A stretch of DNA of 64,000 bases from Azolla caroliniana (Eukaryota; Plantae; Polypodiophyta), in NCBI GenBank assembly GCA_043228905.1, contig JBHGNT010000023.1:496001-560000 (forward strand). The letters run 5' to 3'. The position numbers and the translations under genes are program-made. Shown piece after piece: positions 12,300-26,700 of this stretch (position 1 is the first letter of the stretch; each line of letters opens with the position of its first letter). The notes beneath the pieces were generated by a model that saw only the letters and a program-made list of their open reading frames with translations, did no database searches and was not told where the DNA came from.

Positions 12300-15000
12300 A
12301 GGAGGGTGTTGACGAGATCGTGTGAGTAAATTAAAATGTTCATCCCTGGCTCGTGTGATATCGGATTTTTGTGTTCAGAGATGCCAATCGAAGCTAACAA
12401 CACTAGCTTTAATATGGAATTAAAAAATCAAGATTTTGAAACTCAGGTCGAGAGACATGAAGAAATTAGTAAATTAGGGGAGGGAGTTGACAAGAGCGCG
12501 TGAGTAAATTAAAATGTTCATACGTGGCTTGTGTGATCCCGGATTTTTGTGTTCAAAGATGCCAATCGAAGCTAACAACACTAGCTATGATATGAAATGA
12601 AAAAATAAAGATTTTGAAACTCAGGTCGAGAGCGCGTGAGTAAATTAAAATGCTCATAGCTGGCTCGTGTGATATCGGATTTTTGTGTTCAAACATGCGA
12701 ATCGAAGCTAACAACACTAGCTATGATAAGGAATGAAAAAATCAAGATTTTGAAACTCAGGTCGAGAGACATGAAGAAATTAGTAAAGTAGGGGAGGGAG
12801 TTGAGAAGAGCGCGTGAGTAAATTAAAATGTTCATAGCTGGCTCGTGTGATATCGGATTTTAGTGTTCAAACATGCGAATCGAAGCTAACAACACTAACT
12901 ATGATATGGAATTAAAAAATCAAGATTTTGAAACTTGGGTCGAGAGATATCAAGAAATTAGTAAATTACATGAGGGACTTGAGAAGAGCGCGTGAGTAAA
13001 TTAAAATGTTCATAGCTGGCTCGTGTGATATCGGATTTTTGTGTTCAAACATGAGAATCGAAGCTAACAACACTAGCTACGATATGAAATTAAAAAATCA
13101 AGATTTTGAAACTTGGGTCGAGAGACATGAAGAAATTAGTAAATTAGAGGAGGGTGTTGACGAGATCGTGTGAGTAAATTAAAATGTTCATCCCTGGCTC
13201 GTGTGATATCGGATTTTTGTGTTCAGAGATGCCAATCGAAGCTAACAACACTAGCTTTAATATGGAATTAAAAAATCAAGATTTTGAAACTCAGGTCGAG
13301 AGACAGGAAGAAATTAGTAAATTAGGGGAGGGAGTTGACAAGAGCGCGTGAGTAAATTAAAATGTTCATACGTGGCTTGTGTGATCCCGGATTTTTGTGT
13401 TCAAAGATGCCAATCGAAGCTAACAACACTAGCTATGATATGAAATGAAAAAATAAAGATTTTGAAACTCAGGTCGAGAGCGCGTGAGTAAATTAAAATG
13501 CTCATAGCTGGCTCGTGTGATATCGGATTTTTGTGTTCAAACATGCGAATCGAAGCTAACAACACTTGCTATGATATGGAATTAAAAAATCAAGATTTTG
13601 AAACTCAGGTCGAGAGACATGAAGAAATTAGTAAATTACATGAGGGAGTTGACAAGAGCGCATGAGTAAATTAAAATGTTCATACCTGGCTCTTGTGATA
13701 TCGGATTTTAGTGTTCAAAGATGCCAATCGAAGCTAACAACACTAGCTATGATATGGAATTAAAAAATCAAGATTTTGAAACTCAGGTCGAGAGACATGA
13801 AGAAATTAGTAAAGTAGGGGAGGGAGTTGAGAAGAGCGCGTGAGTAAATTAAAATGTTCATAGCTGGCTCGTGTGATATCGGATTTTAGTGTTCAAACAT
13901 GCGACTCGAAGCTAACAACACTAACTATGATATGGAATTAAAAAATCAAGATTTTGAAACTTGGGTCGAGAGATATCAAGAAATTAGTAAATTACATGAG
14001 GGACTTGAGAAGAGCGCGTGAGTAAATTAAAATGTTCATAGCTGGCTCGTGTGATATCGGATTTTAGTGTTCAAACATGAGAATCGAAGCTAACAACACT
14101 AGCTACGATATGAAATTAAAAAATCAAGATTTTGAAACTTGGGTCGAGAGACATGAAGAAATTAGTAAATTAGAGGAGGGTGTTGACGAGATCGTGTGAG
14201 TAAATTAAAATGTTCATCCCTGGCTCGTGTGATATCGGATTTTTGTGTTCAAAGATGCCAATCGAAGCTAACAACACTAGCTTTAATATGGAATTAAAAA
14301 ATCAAGATTTTGAAACTCAGGTCGAGAGACATGAAGAAATTAGTAAATTAGGGGAGGGAGTTGACAAGAGCGCGTGAGTAAATTAAAATGTTCATACGTG
14401 GCTTGTGTGATCCCGGATTTTTGTGTTCAAAGATGCCAATCGAAGCTAACAACACTAGCTATGATATGAAATGAAAAAATAAAGATTTTGAAACTCAGGT
14501 CGAGAGCGCGTGAGTAAATTAAAATGCTCATAGCTGGCTCGTGTGATATCGGATTTTTGTGTTCAAACATGCGAATCGAAGCTAACAACACTAGCTATGA
14601 TAAGGAATGAAAAAATCAAGATTTTGAAACTCAGGTCGAGAGACATGAAGAAATTAGTAAAGTAGGGGAGTGAGTTGAGAAGAGCGCGTGAGTAAATTAA
14701 AATGTTCATAGCTGGCTCGTGTGATATCGGATTTTAGTGTTCAAACATGCGAATCGAAGCTAACAACACTAACTATGATATGGAATTAAAAAATCAAGAT
14801 TTTGAAACTTGGGTCGAGAGATATCAAGAAATTAGTAAATTACATGAGGGACTTGAGAAGAGCGCGTGAGTAAATTAAAATGTTCATAGCTGGCTCGTGT
14901 GATATCGGATTTTAGTGTTCAAACATGAGAATCGAAGCTAACAACACTAGCTATGATATGGAATTAAAAAATCAAGATTTTGAAACTTGGGTCGAGAGAC
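12300..15000 (+). repeat. Local 5/6-mer higher-order repeat containing a 136-bp truncated monomer
   Basis: Junction GTCGAGAG|CGCGTGAG at ~12632, ~13480 and ~14506 (spacings 848 = 5x178-42 and 1026 = 6x178-42). Private markers GACGAGATCGTGTG, CATCCCTGG and TAGCTTTAAT are each present three times. Confidence 0.85.
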
Positions 15001-15919
15001 ATCAAGAAATTAGTAAATTACATGAGGGAGTTGAGAAGAGCGCGTGAGTAAATTAAAATGTTCATAGCTGGCTCGTGTGATATCGGATTTTAGTGTTCAA
15101 ACATGCGAATCAAAGCTAACAACACTAGCTATGATAAGGAATGAAAAAATCAAGATTTTGAAACTCAGGTCGAGAGACATGAAGATATTAGTAAATTAGA
15201 GGAGGGAGTTGAGAAGAGCGCGTGAGTAAATTAAAATGTTCATAGCTGGCTCGTGTGATATCGGATTTTAGTGTTCAAACATGCGAATCGAAGTTATGAT
15301 ATGGAATTAAAAAATCAAGATTTTGAAACTCAGATCGAGAGACATGAAGAAATTAGTAAATTAGAGGAGGGTGTTGAAAAGAGCGCATGAGTAAATTAAA
15401 ATGTTCATACCTGGCTCTTGTGATATCGGATTTTAGTGTTCAAAGATACCAATCGAAGCTAACAACACTAGCTATGATATGGAATTAAAAAATCAAGATT
15501 TTGAAACTTGGGTCGAGAGACATGAAGAAATTAGTAAATTAGGGGAGGGAGTTGAGAAGAGCGCGTGAGTAAATTAAAATGTTCATAGCTGGCTCGTGTG
15601 ATATCGGATTTTTGTGTTCAAACATGCGAATCGAAGCTAACAACACTAACTATGATATGGAATTAAAAAATCAAGATTTTGAAACTTGGGTCGAGAGATA
15701 TCAAGAAATTAGTAAATTACATGAGGGACTTGAGAAGAGCGCGTGAGTAAATTAAAATGTTCATAGCTGGCTCGTGTGATATCGGATTTTAGTGTTCAAA
15801 CATGAGAATCGAAGCTAACAACACTAGCTATGATATGGAATTAAAAAATCAAGATTTTGAAACTTGGGTCGAGAGACATCAAGAAATTAGTAAATTACAT
15901 GAGGGAGTTGAGAAGAGCG

Positions 15920-17390
15920 CGTGAGTAAATTAAAATGTTCATAGCTGGCTCGTGTGATATCGGATTTTTGTGTTCAAACATGCGAATCGAAGCTAACAAC
16001 ACTTGGTATGATATGGAATTAAAAAATCAAGATTTTGAGACTAAGGTCGAGAGACATCAAGAAATTAGGAAATTAGGGGAGGGAGTTGATAAGAGCGCGT
16101 GAGTAAATTAAAATGTTCATACCTGGCTCGTGTGATCCCGGATTTTTGTGTTCAAAGATGCCAATCGAAGCTAACAATACTAGTTACGATATGGAATTAA
16201 AAAATCAAGATTTTGAAACTCAGGTCGAGAGACATGAAGAAATTAGTAAATTAGGGGAGGGAGTTGAGAAGAGCGCGTGAGTAAATTAAAATGTTCATAG
16301 CTGGCTCGTGTGATATCGGATTTTTGTGTTCAAACATGCGAATCGAAGCTAACAACACTTGCTATGATATGGAATTAAAAAATCAAGATTTTGAAACTCA
16401 GGTCGAGAGACATGAAGAAATTAGTAAAGTAGGGGAGGGAGTTGAGAAGAGCGCGTGAGTAAATTAAAATGTTCTTAGCTGGCTCGTGTGATATCGGATT
16501 TTAGTGTTCAAACATGTGAATGGAAGCTAACAACACTAACTATGATATGGAATTAAAAAATCAAGATTTTGAAACTTGGGTCGAGAGATATCAAGAAATT
16601 AGTAAATTAGGGGAGGGAGTTGAGAAGAGCGCGTGAGTAAATTAAAATGTTCATAGCTGGCTCGTGTGATATCGGATTTTAGTGTTCAAACATGCGAATC
16701 GAAGCTAACAACACTAGCTATGATATGGAATTAAAAAATCAAGATTTTGAAACTTGGGTCGAGAGACATGAAGAAATTAGTAAATTACAGGAGGGAGTTG
16801 AGAAGAGCGCGTGAGTAAATTAAAATGTTCATAGCTGGCTCGTGTGATATCGGATTTTTGTGTCCAAACATGCGAATCGAAGCTAACAACACTTGGTATG
16901 ATATGGAATTAAAAAATCAAGATTTTGAGACTAAGGTCGAGAGACATCAAGAAATTAGGAAATTAGGGGAGGGAGTTGATAAGAGCGCATGAGTAAATTA
17001 AAATGTTCATACCTGGCTCGTGTGATCCCGGATTTTTGTGTTCAAAGATGCCAATCGAAGCTAACAATACTAGTTACGATATGGAATTAAAAAATCAAGA
17101 TTTTGAAACTCAGGTCGAGAGACATGAAGAAATTAGTAAATTAGGGGAGGGAGTTGAGAAGAGCGCGTGAGTAAATTAAAATGTTCATAGCTGGCTCGTG
17201 TGATATCGGATTTTTGTGTTCAAACATGCGAATCGAAGCTAACAACACTTGCTATGATATGGAATTAAAAAATCAAGATTTTGAAACTCAGGTCGAGAGA
17301 CATGAAGAAATTAGTAAAGTAGGGGAGGGAGTTGAGAAGAGCGCGTGAGTAAATTAAAATGTTCATAGCTGGCTCGTGTGATATCGGATT
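15920..17390 (+). repeat. 5-mer (890-bp) local duplication
   Basis: ACTTGGTATG...GAGACTAAGG...ATTAGGAAATT at 16001 and 16891; boundaries approximate. Confidence 0.7.
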
Positions 17391-20300
17391 TTTGTGTTCA
17401 GAGATGCGAAGCGAAGCTAACAACACTAGCTAGGATATGGAATTAAAAAATCAAGATTTTGAAACTCAGGTCGACAGATATGAAGAAATTAGTAAATTAG
17501 GGGAGGGAGTTGAGAAGAGCGCGTGCAACTTGGGTCGAGAGACATGAAGAAATTAGTAAATTAGAGGAGGGAGCTAGGAAGAGCGCGTGAGTAAATTAAA
17601 ATGTTCATACCTGGCTCGTGTGATCCCGGATTTTTGTGTTCAAAGATGCGAATCGAAGCTAACAACACTAGCTATGATATGAAATGAAAAAATCAAGATT
17701 TTGAAACTCAGGTCGAGAGCGCGTAAGTAAATTAAAATGTTCATAGCTGGCTCGTGTGATATCGGATTTTAGTGTTCAAACATGCGAATCGAAGCTAACA
17801 ACACTAACTATAATATGAAATTAAAAAATCAAGATTTTGAAACTTGGGTCGAGAGATATCAAGAAATTAGTAAATTACATCAGGGAGTTGAGAAGAGCGC
17901 GTGAGTAAATTAAAATGTTCATAGCTGGCTCGTGTGATATCGGATTTTAGTGTTCAAACATGCGAATCAAAGCTAACAACACTAGCTATGATAAGGAATT
18001 AAAAAATCAAGATTTTGAAACTCAGGTCGAGAGACATGAAGAAATTAGTAAATTAGAGGAGGGTATTGCAAGAGCGCGTGAGTAAATTAAAATGTTCATA
18101 GCTGGCTCGTGTGATATCGGATTTTTGTGTTCAGAGATGCGAAGCGAAGCTAACAACACTAGCTATGATATGGAATTAAAAAATCAAGATTTTGAAACTC
18201 AGATCGAGAGACATGAAGAAATTAGTAAATTAGAGGAGGGTGTTGACAAGAGCGCATGAGTAAATTAAAATGTTCATACATGGCTCTTGTGATATCGGAT
18301 TTAAGTGTTCAAAGATACCAATCGAAGCTAACAACACTAGCTATGATATGGAATTAAAAAATCAAGATTTCGAAACTTGGGTCGAGAGACATGAAGAAAT
18401 TAGTAAATTAGGGGAGGGAGTTGAGAAGAGCGCGTGAGTAAATTAAAATGTTCATAGCTGGCTCGTGTGATATCGGATTTTTGTGTTCAAACATGCGAAT
18501 CGAAGCTAACAACACTTTCTATGATATGGAATTAAAAAATCGAGATTTCGAACTTGGGTCGAGAGACATGAAGAAATTAGTAAATTAGGGGAGGGAGTTG
18601 ATAAGAGCGCGTGAGTAAATTAAAATGTTCATACCTGGCTCGTGTGATACCGGATTTTTGTGTTGAAAGATGCGAATCGAAGCTAACAACACTAGCTATG
18701 ATATGGAATGAAAAAATCAAGATTTTGAAACTCAGGTCGAGAGACATGAAGATATTAGTAAATTAGAGGAGGGAGTTGAGAAGAGCGCGTGAGTAAATTA
18801 AAATGTTCATAGCTGGCTCGTGTGATCCCGGATTTTTATGTTCAAAGATGCGAATCGAAGCTAACAACACTACGTATGATATGGAATGAAAAAATCAATA
18901 TTTTGAAACTTAGGTCGAGAGACATGAAGAAATTAGTAAATTAGAGGAGGGTATTGCAAGAGCGCGTGAGTAAATTAAAATGTTCATAGCTGGCTCGTGT
19001 GATATCGGATTTTTGTGTTCAGAGATGCGAATCGAAGCTAACAACACTAGCTATGATATGGAATTAAAAAATCAAGATTTTGAAACTCAGGTCGAGAGAC
19101 ATGAAGAAATTAGTAAATTAGAGGAGGGTGTTGACAAGAGCGCATGAGTAAATTAAAATGTTCATACCTGGCTCTTGTGATATCGGATTTTAGTGTTCAA
19201 AGATGCCAATCGAAGCTAACAACACTAGCTATGATATGGAATTAAAAAATCAAAATTTCGAAACTTGGGTCGAGAGACATGAAGAAATTAGTAAATTAGG
19301 GGAGGGTGTTGACAAGAGCGCGTGAGTAAATTAAAATGTTCATACCTGGCTCGTGTGATCCCGGATTTTAGTGTTCAAACATGCAAATCGAAGCTAACAA
19401 CACTAGCTACGATATGGAATTAAAAAATCAAGATTTTGAAACTCAGGTTGACAGATATGAAGAAATTAGTAAATTAGGGGAGGGAGTTGAGAAGAGCGCG
19501 TGAAACTTGGGTCGAGAGACATGAAGAAATTAGTAAATTAGAGGAGGGAGCTAGGAAGAGCGCGTGAGTAAATTAAAATGTTCATATCTGGCTCGTGTGA
19601 TCCCGGATTTTTGTGTTCAAAGATGCGAATCGAAGCTAACAACACTAGCTATGATATGAAATGAAAAAATCAAGATTTTGAAACTCAGGTCGAGAGCGCG
19701 TGAGTAAATTAAAATGTTCATAGCTGGCTCGTGTGATATCGGATTTTAGTGTTCAAACATGCGAATCGAAGCTAACAACACTAGCTATGATATGGAATGA
19801 AAAAATCAAGATTTTGAAACTTGGGTCGAGAGACATGAAGAAATTAGTAAATTATAGGAGGGAGTTGAGAAGAGCGCGTGAGTAAATTAAAATGTTCATA
19901 ACTGGCTCGTGTGATATCGGATTTTTGTGTTCAAACATGCGAATCGAAGCTAACAACACTTGGTATGATATGGAATTAAAAAATCAAGATTTTGAGACTA
20001 AGGTCGAGAGACATCAAGAAATTAGGAAATTAGGGGAGGGAGTTGATAAGAGCGCGTGAGTAAATTAAAATGTTCATACCTGGCTCGTGTGATCCCGGAT
20101 TTTTGAGTTCAAAGATGCCAATCGAAGCTAACAATACTAGTTACGATATGGAATTAAAAAATCAAGATTTTGAAACTCAGGTCGAGAGACATGAAGAAAT
20201 TAGTAAATTAGGGGAGGGAGTTGAGAAGAGCGCGTGAGTAAATTAAAATGTTCATAGCTGGCTCGTGTGATATCGGATTTTTGTGTTCAAACATGCGAAT

Positions 20301-23300
20301 CGAAGCTAACAACACTTGCTATGATATGGAATTAAAAAATCAAGATTTTGAAACTCAAGTCGAGAGACATGAAGAAATTAGTAAAGTAGGGGAGGGAGTT
20401 GAGAAGAGCGCGCGAGTAAATTCAAATGTTCATAGCTGGCTCGTGTGATATCGGATTTTAGTGTTCAAACATGCGAATCGAAGCTAACAACACTAACTAT
20501 GATATGGAATTAAAAAATCAATATTTTGAAACTTGGGTCGAGAGATATCAAGAAATTAGTAAATTACATAAGGGAGTTGAGAAGAGCGCGTGAGTAAATT
20601 AAAATGTTCATAGCTGGCTCGTGTGATATCGGAATTTAGTGTTCAAACATGCGAATCGAAGCTAACAACACTAACTATGATATGGAATTAAAAAATCAAG
20701 ATTTCGAAACTTGGGTCGAGAGATATCAAGAAATTAGTAAATTACATCAGGGAGTTCAGAAGAGCGCGTGAGTAAATTAAAATGTTCGTAGCTGGCTCGT
20801 GTGATATCGGATTTTAGTGTTCAAACATGCGAATCAAAGCTAACAACACTAGCTATGATAAGGAATTAAAAAATCAAGATTTTGAAACTCAGGTCGAGAG
20901 ACATGAAGAAATTAGTAAATTAGAGGAGGGTATTGCAAGAGCGCGTGAGTAAATTAAAATGTTCATAGCTGGCTCGTGTGATATCGGATTTTTGTGTTCA
21001 GAGATGCGAAGCGAAGCTAACAACACTAGCTATGATATGGAATTAAAAAATCAAGATTTTGAAACTCAGATCGAGAGACATGAAGAAATTAGTAAATTAG
21101 AGGAGGGTGTTGACAAGAGCGCATGAGTAAATTAAAACATGCGAATCGAAGCTAACAACACTTTCTATGATATGGAATAAAAAAATCAAGATTTCGAAAC
21201 TTGGGTCGAGAGACATGAAGAAATTAGTAAATTAGGGGAGGGAGTTGAGAAGAGCGCGTGAGTAAATTAAAATGTTCATAGCTGGCTCGTGTGATATCGG
21301 ATTTTTGTGTTCAAACATGCGAATCGAAGCTAACAACACTTTCTATGATATGGAATTAAAAAATCGAGATTTCGAAACTTGGGTCGAGAGACATGAAGAA
21401 ATTAGTAAATTAGGGGAGGGAGTTGATAAGAGCGCGTGAGTAAATTAAAATGTTCATAGCTGGCTCGTGTGATATCGGATTTTAGTGTTCAAACATGCGA
21501 ATCGAAGCTAACAACACTAACTATGATATGGAATTAAAAAATCAAGATTTTGAAACTTGGGTCGAGAGATATCAAGAAATTAGTAAATTACATGAGGGAG
21601 TTGAGAAGAGCGCGTGAGTAAATTAAAATGTTCATAGCTGGCTCGTGTGATATCGGATTTTAGTGTTCAAACATGCGAATCAAAGCTAACAACACTAGCT
21701 ATGATAAGGAATGAAAAAATCAAGATTTTGAAACTCAGGTCGAGAGACATGAAGATATTAGTAAATTAGAGGAGGGAGTTGAGAAGAGCGCGTGAGTAAA
21801 TTAAAATGTTCATAGCTGGCTCGTGTGATATCGGATTTTAGTGTTCAAACATGCGAATCGAAGTTATGATATGGAATTAAAAAATCAAGATTTCGAAACT
21901 CAGATCGAGAGACATGAAGAAATTAGTAAATTAGAGGAGGGTGTTGACAAGAGCGCATGAGTAAATTAAAATGTTCATACCTGGCTCCTGTGATATCGGA
22001 TTTTAGTGTTCAAAGATACCAATCGAAGCTAACAACACTAGCTATGATATGGAATTAAAACATCAAGATTTCGAAACTTGGGTCGAGAGACATGAAGAAA
22101 TTAGTAAATTAGGGGAGGGAGTTGAGAAGAGCGCGTGAGTAAATTAAAATGTTCATAGCTGGCTCGTGTGATATCGGATTTTTGTGTTCAAACATGCGAA
22201 TCGAAGCTAACAACACTTTCTATGATATGGAATTAAAAAATCGAGATTTCGAAACTTGGGTCGAGAGACATGAAGAAATTAGTAAATTAGGGGAGGGAGT
22301 TGATAAGAGCGCGTGAGTAAATTAAAATGTTCATACCTGGCTCGTGTGATACCGGATTTTTGTGTTCAAAGATGCGAATCGAAGCTAACAACACTAGCTA
22401 TGATATGGAATGAAAAAATCAAGATTTTAAAACTCAGGTCGAGAGACATGAAGATATTAGGAAATTAGAGGAGGGAGTTGAGAAGAGCGCGTGAGTAAAT
22501 TAAAATGTTCATAGCTGGCTCGTGTGATCCCAGATTTTTATGTTCAAAGATGCGAATCGAAGCTAACAACACTACGTATGATATGGAATGAAAAAATCAA
22601 TATTTTGAAACTTAGGTCGAGAGACATGAAGAAATTAGTAAATTAGAGGAGGGTATTGCAAGAGCGCGTGAGTAAATTAAAATGTTCATAGCTGGCTCGT
22701 GTGATATCGGATTTTTGTGTTCAGAGATGCGAATCGAAGCTAACAACACTAGCTATGATATGGAATGAAAAAATCAAGATTTTGAAACTCAGGTCGAGAG
22801 ACATGAAGAAATTAGTAAATTAGAGGAGGGTGTTGACAAGAGCGCATGAGTAAATTAAAATGTTCATACCTGGCTCTTGTGATATCGGATTTTAGTGTTC
22901 AAAGATGCCAAACGAAGCTAACAACACTAGCTATGATATGGAATTAAAAAACCAAAATTCCGAAACTTGGGTCGAGAGACATGAAGAAATTAGTAAATTA
23001 GGGGAGGGAGTTGAGAAGAGCGCGTGAGTAAATTAAAATGTTCATACCTGGCTCGTGTGATATCGGATTTTTGTGTTCAAACATGCGAATCAAAGCTGAC
23101 AACACTAGCTATGATAAGGAATGAAAAAATCAAGATTTTGAAACTCAGGTCGAGAGACATGAAGAAATTAGTAAATTAGAGGAGGGTGTTGACGAGAGCG
23201 CGTGAGTAAATTAAAATGTTCATAGCTGGCTCGTGTGATATCGGATTTTAGTGTTCAAACATGCGAATCGAAGCTAACAACACTAACTAGGATATGGAAT

Positions 23301-23769
23301 TAAAAAATCAAGATTTTGAACCTTGGGTCGAGAGACATCAAGAAATTAGTAAATTACATGAGGGAGTTGAGAAGAGCGCGTAAGTAAATTAAAGTGTTCA
23401 AACATGCGAATCAAAGCTAACAACACTAGCTATGATAAGGAATGAAAAAATCAAGATTTTGAAACTCAGGTCGAGAGACATGAAGATATTAGTAAATTAG
23501 AGGAGGGAGTTGAGAAGAGCGCGTGAGTAAATTAAAATGTTCATAGCTTGCTCGTGTGATCCCGGATTTTTATGTTCAAAGATGCGAATCGAAGCTAACA
23601 ACACTACGTATGATATGAAATTAAAAAATCAAGATTTTGAAACTCAGGTCGAGAGACATGCAGAAATTAGTAAATTAGAGGAGGGTGTTGACAAGAGCGC
23701 ATGAGTAAATTAAAATGTTCATACCTGGCTCTTGTGATATCGGATTTTAGTGTTCAAAGATGCCAATCG

Positions 23770-26700
23770 AAGCTAACAACACTAGCTATGATATGGAATT
23801 AAAAAATCAAGATTTTGAAACTTGGGTCGAGAGACATGAAGAAATTAGTAAATTAGGGGAGGAAGTTGATAAGAGCGCGTGAGTAAATTAAAATGTTCAT
23901 ACCTGGCTCGTGTGATACCGGATTTTTGTGTTCAAAGATGCGAATCGAAGCTAACAACACTAGCTATGATATGGAATGAAAAAATCAAGATTTTAAAACT
24001 CAGGTCGAGAGACATGAAGATATTAGGAAATTAGAGGAGGGAGTTGAGAAGAGCGCGTGAGTAAATTAAAATGTTCATAGCTGGCTCGTGTGATCCCAGA
24101 TTTTTATGTTCAAAGATGCGAATCGAAGCTAACAACACTACGTATGATATGGAATGAAAAAATCAATATTTTGAAACTTAGGTCGAGAGACTTGAAGAAA
24201 TTAGTAAATTAGAGGAGGGTATTGCAAGAGCGCGTGAGTAAATTAAAATGTTCATAGCTGGCTCGTGTGATATCGGATTTTTGTGTTCAGAGATGCGAAT
24301 CGAAGCTAACAACACTAGCTATGATATGGAATGAAAAAATCAAGATTTTGAAACTCAGGTCGAGAGACATGAAGAAATTAGTAAATTAGAGGAGGGAGTT
24401 GAGAAGAGCGCGTGAGTAAATTAAAATGTTCATAGCTGGCTCGTGTGATATCGGATTTTTGTGTTCAAACATGCGAATCGAAGCTAACAACACTTGCTAT
24501 GATATGGAATTAAAAAATCAAGATTTTGAAACTCAGGTCGAGAGACATGAAGAAATTAGTAAAGTAGGGGAGGGAGTTGAGAAGAGCGCGTGAGTAAATT
24601 AAAATGTTCATAGTTGGCTCGTGTGATATCGGATTTTTGTGTTCAGAGATGCGAATCGAAGCTAACAACACTAGCTATGATATGGAATTAAAAAATCAAG
24701 ATTTTGAAACTCAGGTCGAGAGACATGAAGAAATTAGTAAATTAGAGGAGGGTGTTGACAAGAGCGCATGAGTAAATTAAAATGTTCATACCTGGCTCTT
24801 GTGATATCGGATTTTAGTGTTCAAAGATGCCAATCGAAGCTAACAACACTAGCTATGATATGGAATTAAAAAATCAAGATTTTGAAACTTGGGTCGAGAG
24901 ACATGAAGAAATTAGTAAATTAGAGGAGGGTGTTGACGAGAGCGCGTGAGTAAATTAAAATGTTCATAGCTGGCTCGTGTGATATCAGATTTTAGTGTTC
25001 AAACATGCGAATCGAAGCTAACAACACCAACTATGATATGTAATTAAAAAATCAAGATTTTGAGACTAAGGTCGAGAGACATGAAGAAATTAGTAAATTA
25101 GGGGAGGGAGTTGATAAGAGCGCGTGAGTAAATTAAAATGTTCATACCTGGCTCGTGTGATCCCGGATTTTTGTGTTCAAAGATGCCAATCGAAGCTAAC
25201 AATACTAGTTATGATATGGAATTAAAAAATCAAGATTTTGAAACTCAGGTCGAGAGACATGAAGAAATTAGTAAATTAGGGGAGGGAGTTGAGAAGAGCG
25301 CGTGAGTAAATTAAAATGTTCATAGCTGGCTCGTGTGATATCGGATTTTTGTGTTCAAACATGCGAATCGAAGCTAACAACACTTGCTATGATATGGAAT
25401 TAAAAAATCAAGATTTTGAAACTCAGGTCGAGAGACATGAAGAAATTAGTAAATTAGGGGAGGGAGTTGAGAAGAGCGCGTGAGTAAATTAAAATGTTCA
25501 TAGCTGCCTCGTGTGATATCGGATTTTTGTGTTCAAACATGCGAATCGAAGCTAACAACACTTGCTATGATATGGATTTAAAAAATCGAGATTTTGAAAC
25601 TCAGGTCGAGAGACATGAAGAAATTAGTAAATTAGGGGAGGGAGTTGAGAAGAGCGCGTGAGTAAATTAAAATGTTCATAGCTGGCTCGTGTGATATCGG
25701 ATTTTTGTGTTCAAACATGCGAATCGAAGCTAACAACACTTGCTATGATATGGAATTAAAAAATCAAGATTTTGAAACTCAGGTCGAGAGACATGAAGAA
25801 ATTAGTAAAGTAGGGGAGGGAGTTGAGAAGAGCGCGTGAGTAAATTAAAATGTTCATAGTTGGCTCGTGTGATATCGGATTTTTGTGTTCAGAGATGCGA
25901 ATCGAAGCTAACAACACTAGCTATGATATGGAATTAAAAAATCAAGATTTTGAAACTTGGGTCGAGAGACATGAAGAAATTAGTAAATTAGGGGAGGAAG
26001 TTGATAAGAGCGCGTGAGTAAATTAAAATGTTCATACCTGGCTCGTGTGATACCGGATTTTTGTGTTCAAAGATGCGAATCGAAGCTAACAACACTAGCT
26101 ATGATATGGAATGAAAAAATCAAGATTTTAAAACTCAGGTCGAGAGACATGAAGATATTAGGAAATTAGAGGAGGGAGTTGAGAAGAGCGCGTGAGTAAA
26201 TTAAAATGTTCATAGCTGGCTCGTGTGATCCCAGATTTTTATGTTCAAAGATGCGAATCGAAGCTAACAACACTACGTATGATATGGAATGAAAAAATCA
26301 ATATTTTGAAACTTAGGTCGAGAGCATGAAGAAATTAGTAAATTAGAGGAGGGTATTGCAAGAGCGCGTGAGTAAATTAAAATGTTCATAGCTGGCTCGT
26401 GTGATATCGGATTTTTCTGTTCAGAGATGCGAATCGAAGCTAACAACACTAGCTATGATATGGAATGAAAAAATCAAGATTTTGAAACTCAGGTCGAGAG
26501 ACATGAAGAAATTAGTAAATTAGAGGAGGGAGTTGAGAAGAGCGCGTGAGTAAATTAAAATGTTCATAGCTGGCTCGTGTGATATCGGATTTTTGTGTTC
26601 AAACATGCGAATCGAAGCTAACAACACTTGCTATGATATGGAATTAAAAAATCAAGATTTTGAAACTCAGGTCGAGAGACATGAAGAAATTAGTAAAGTA

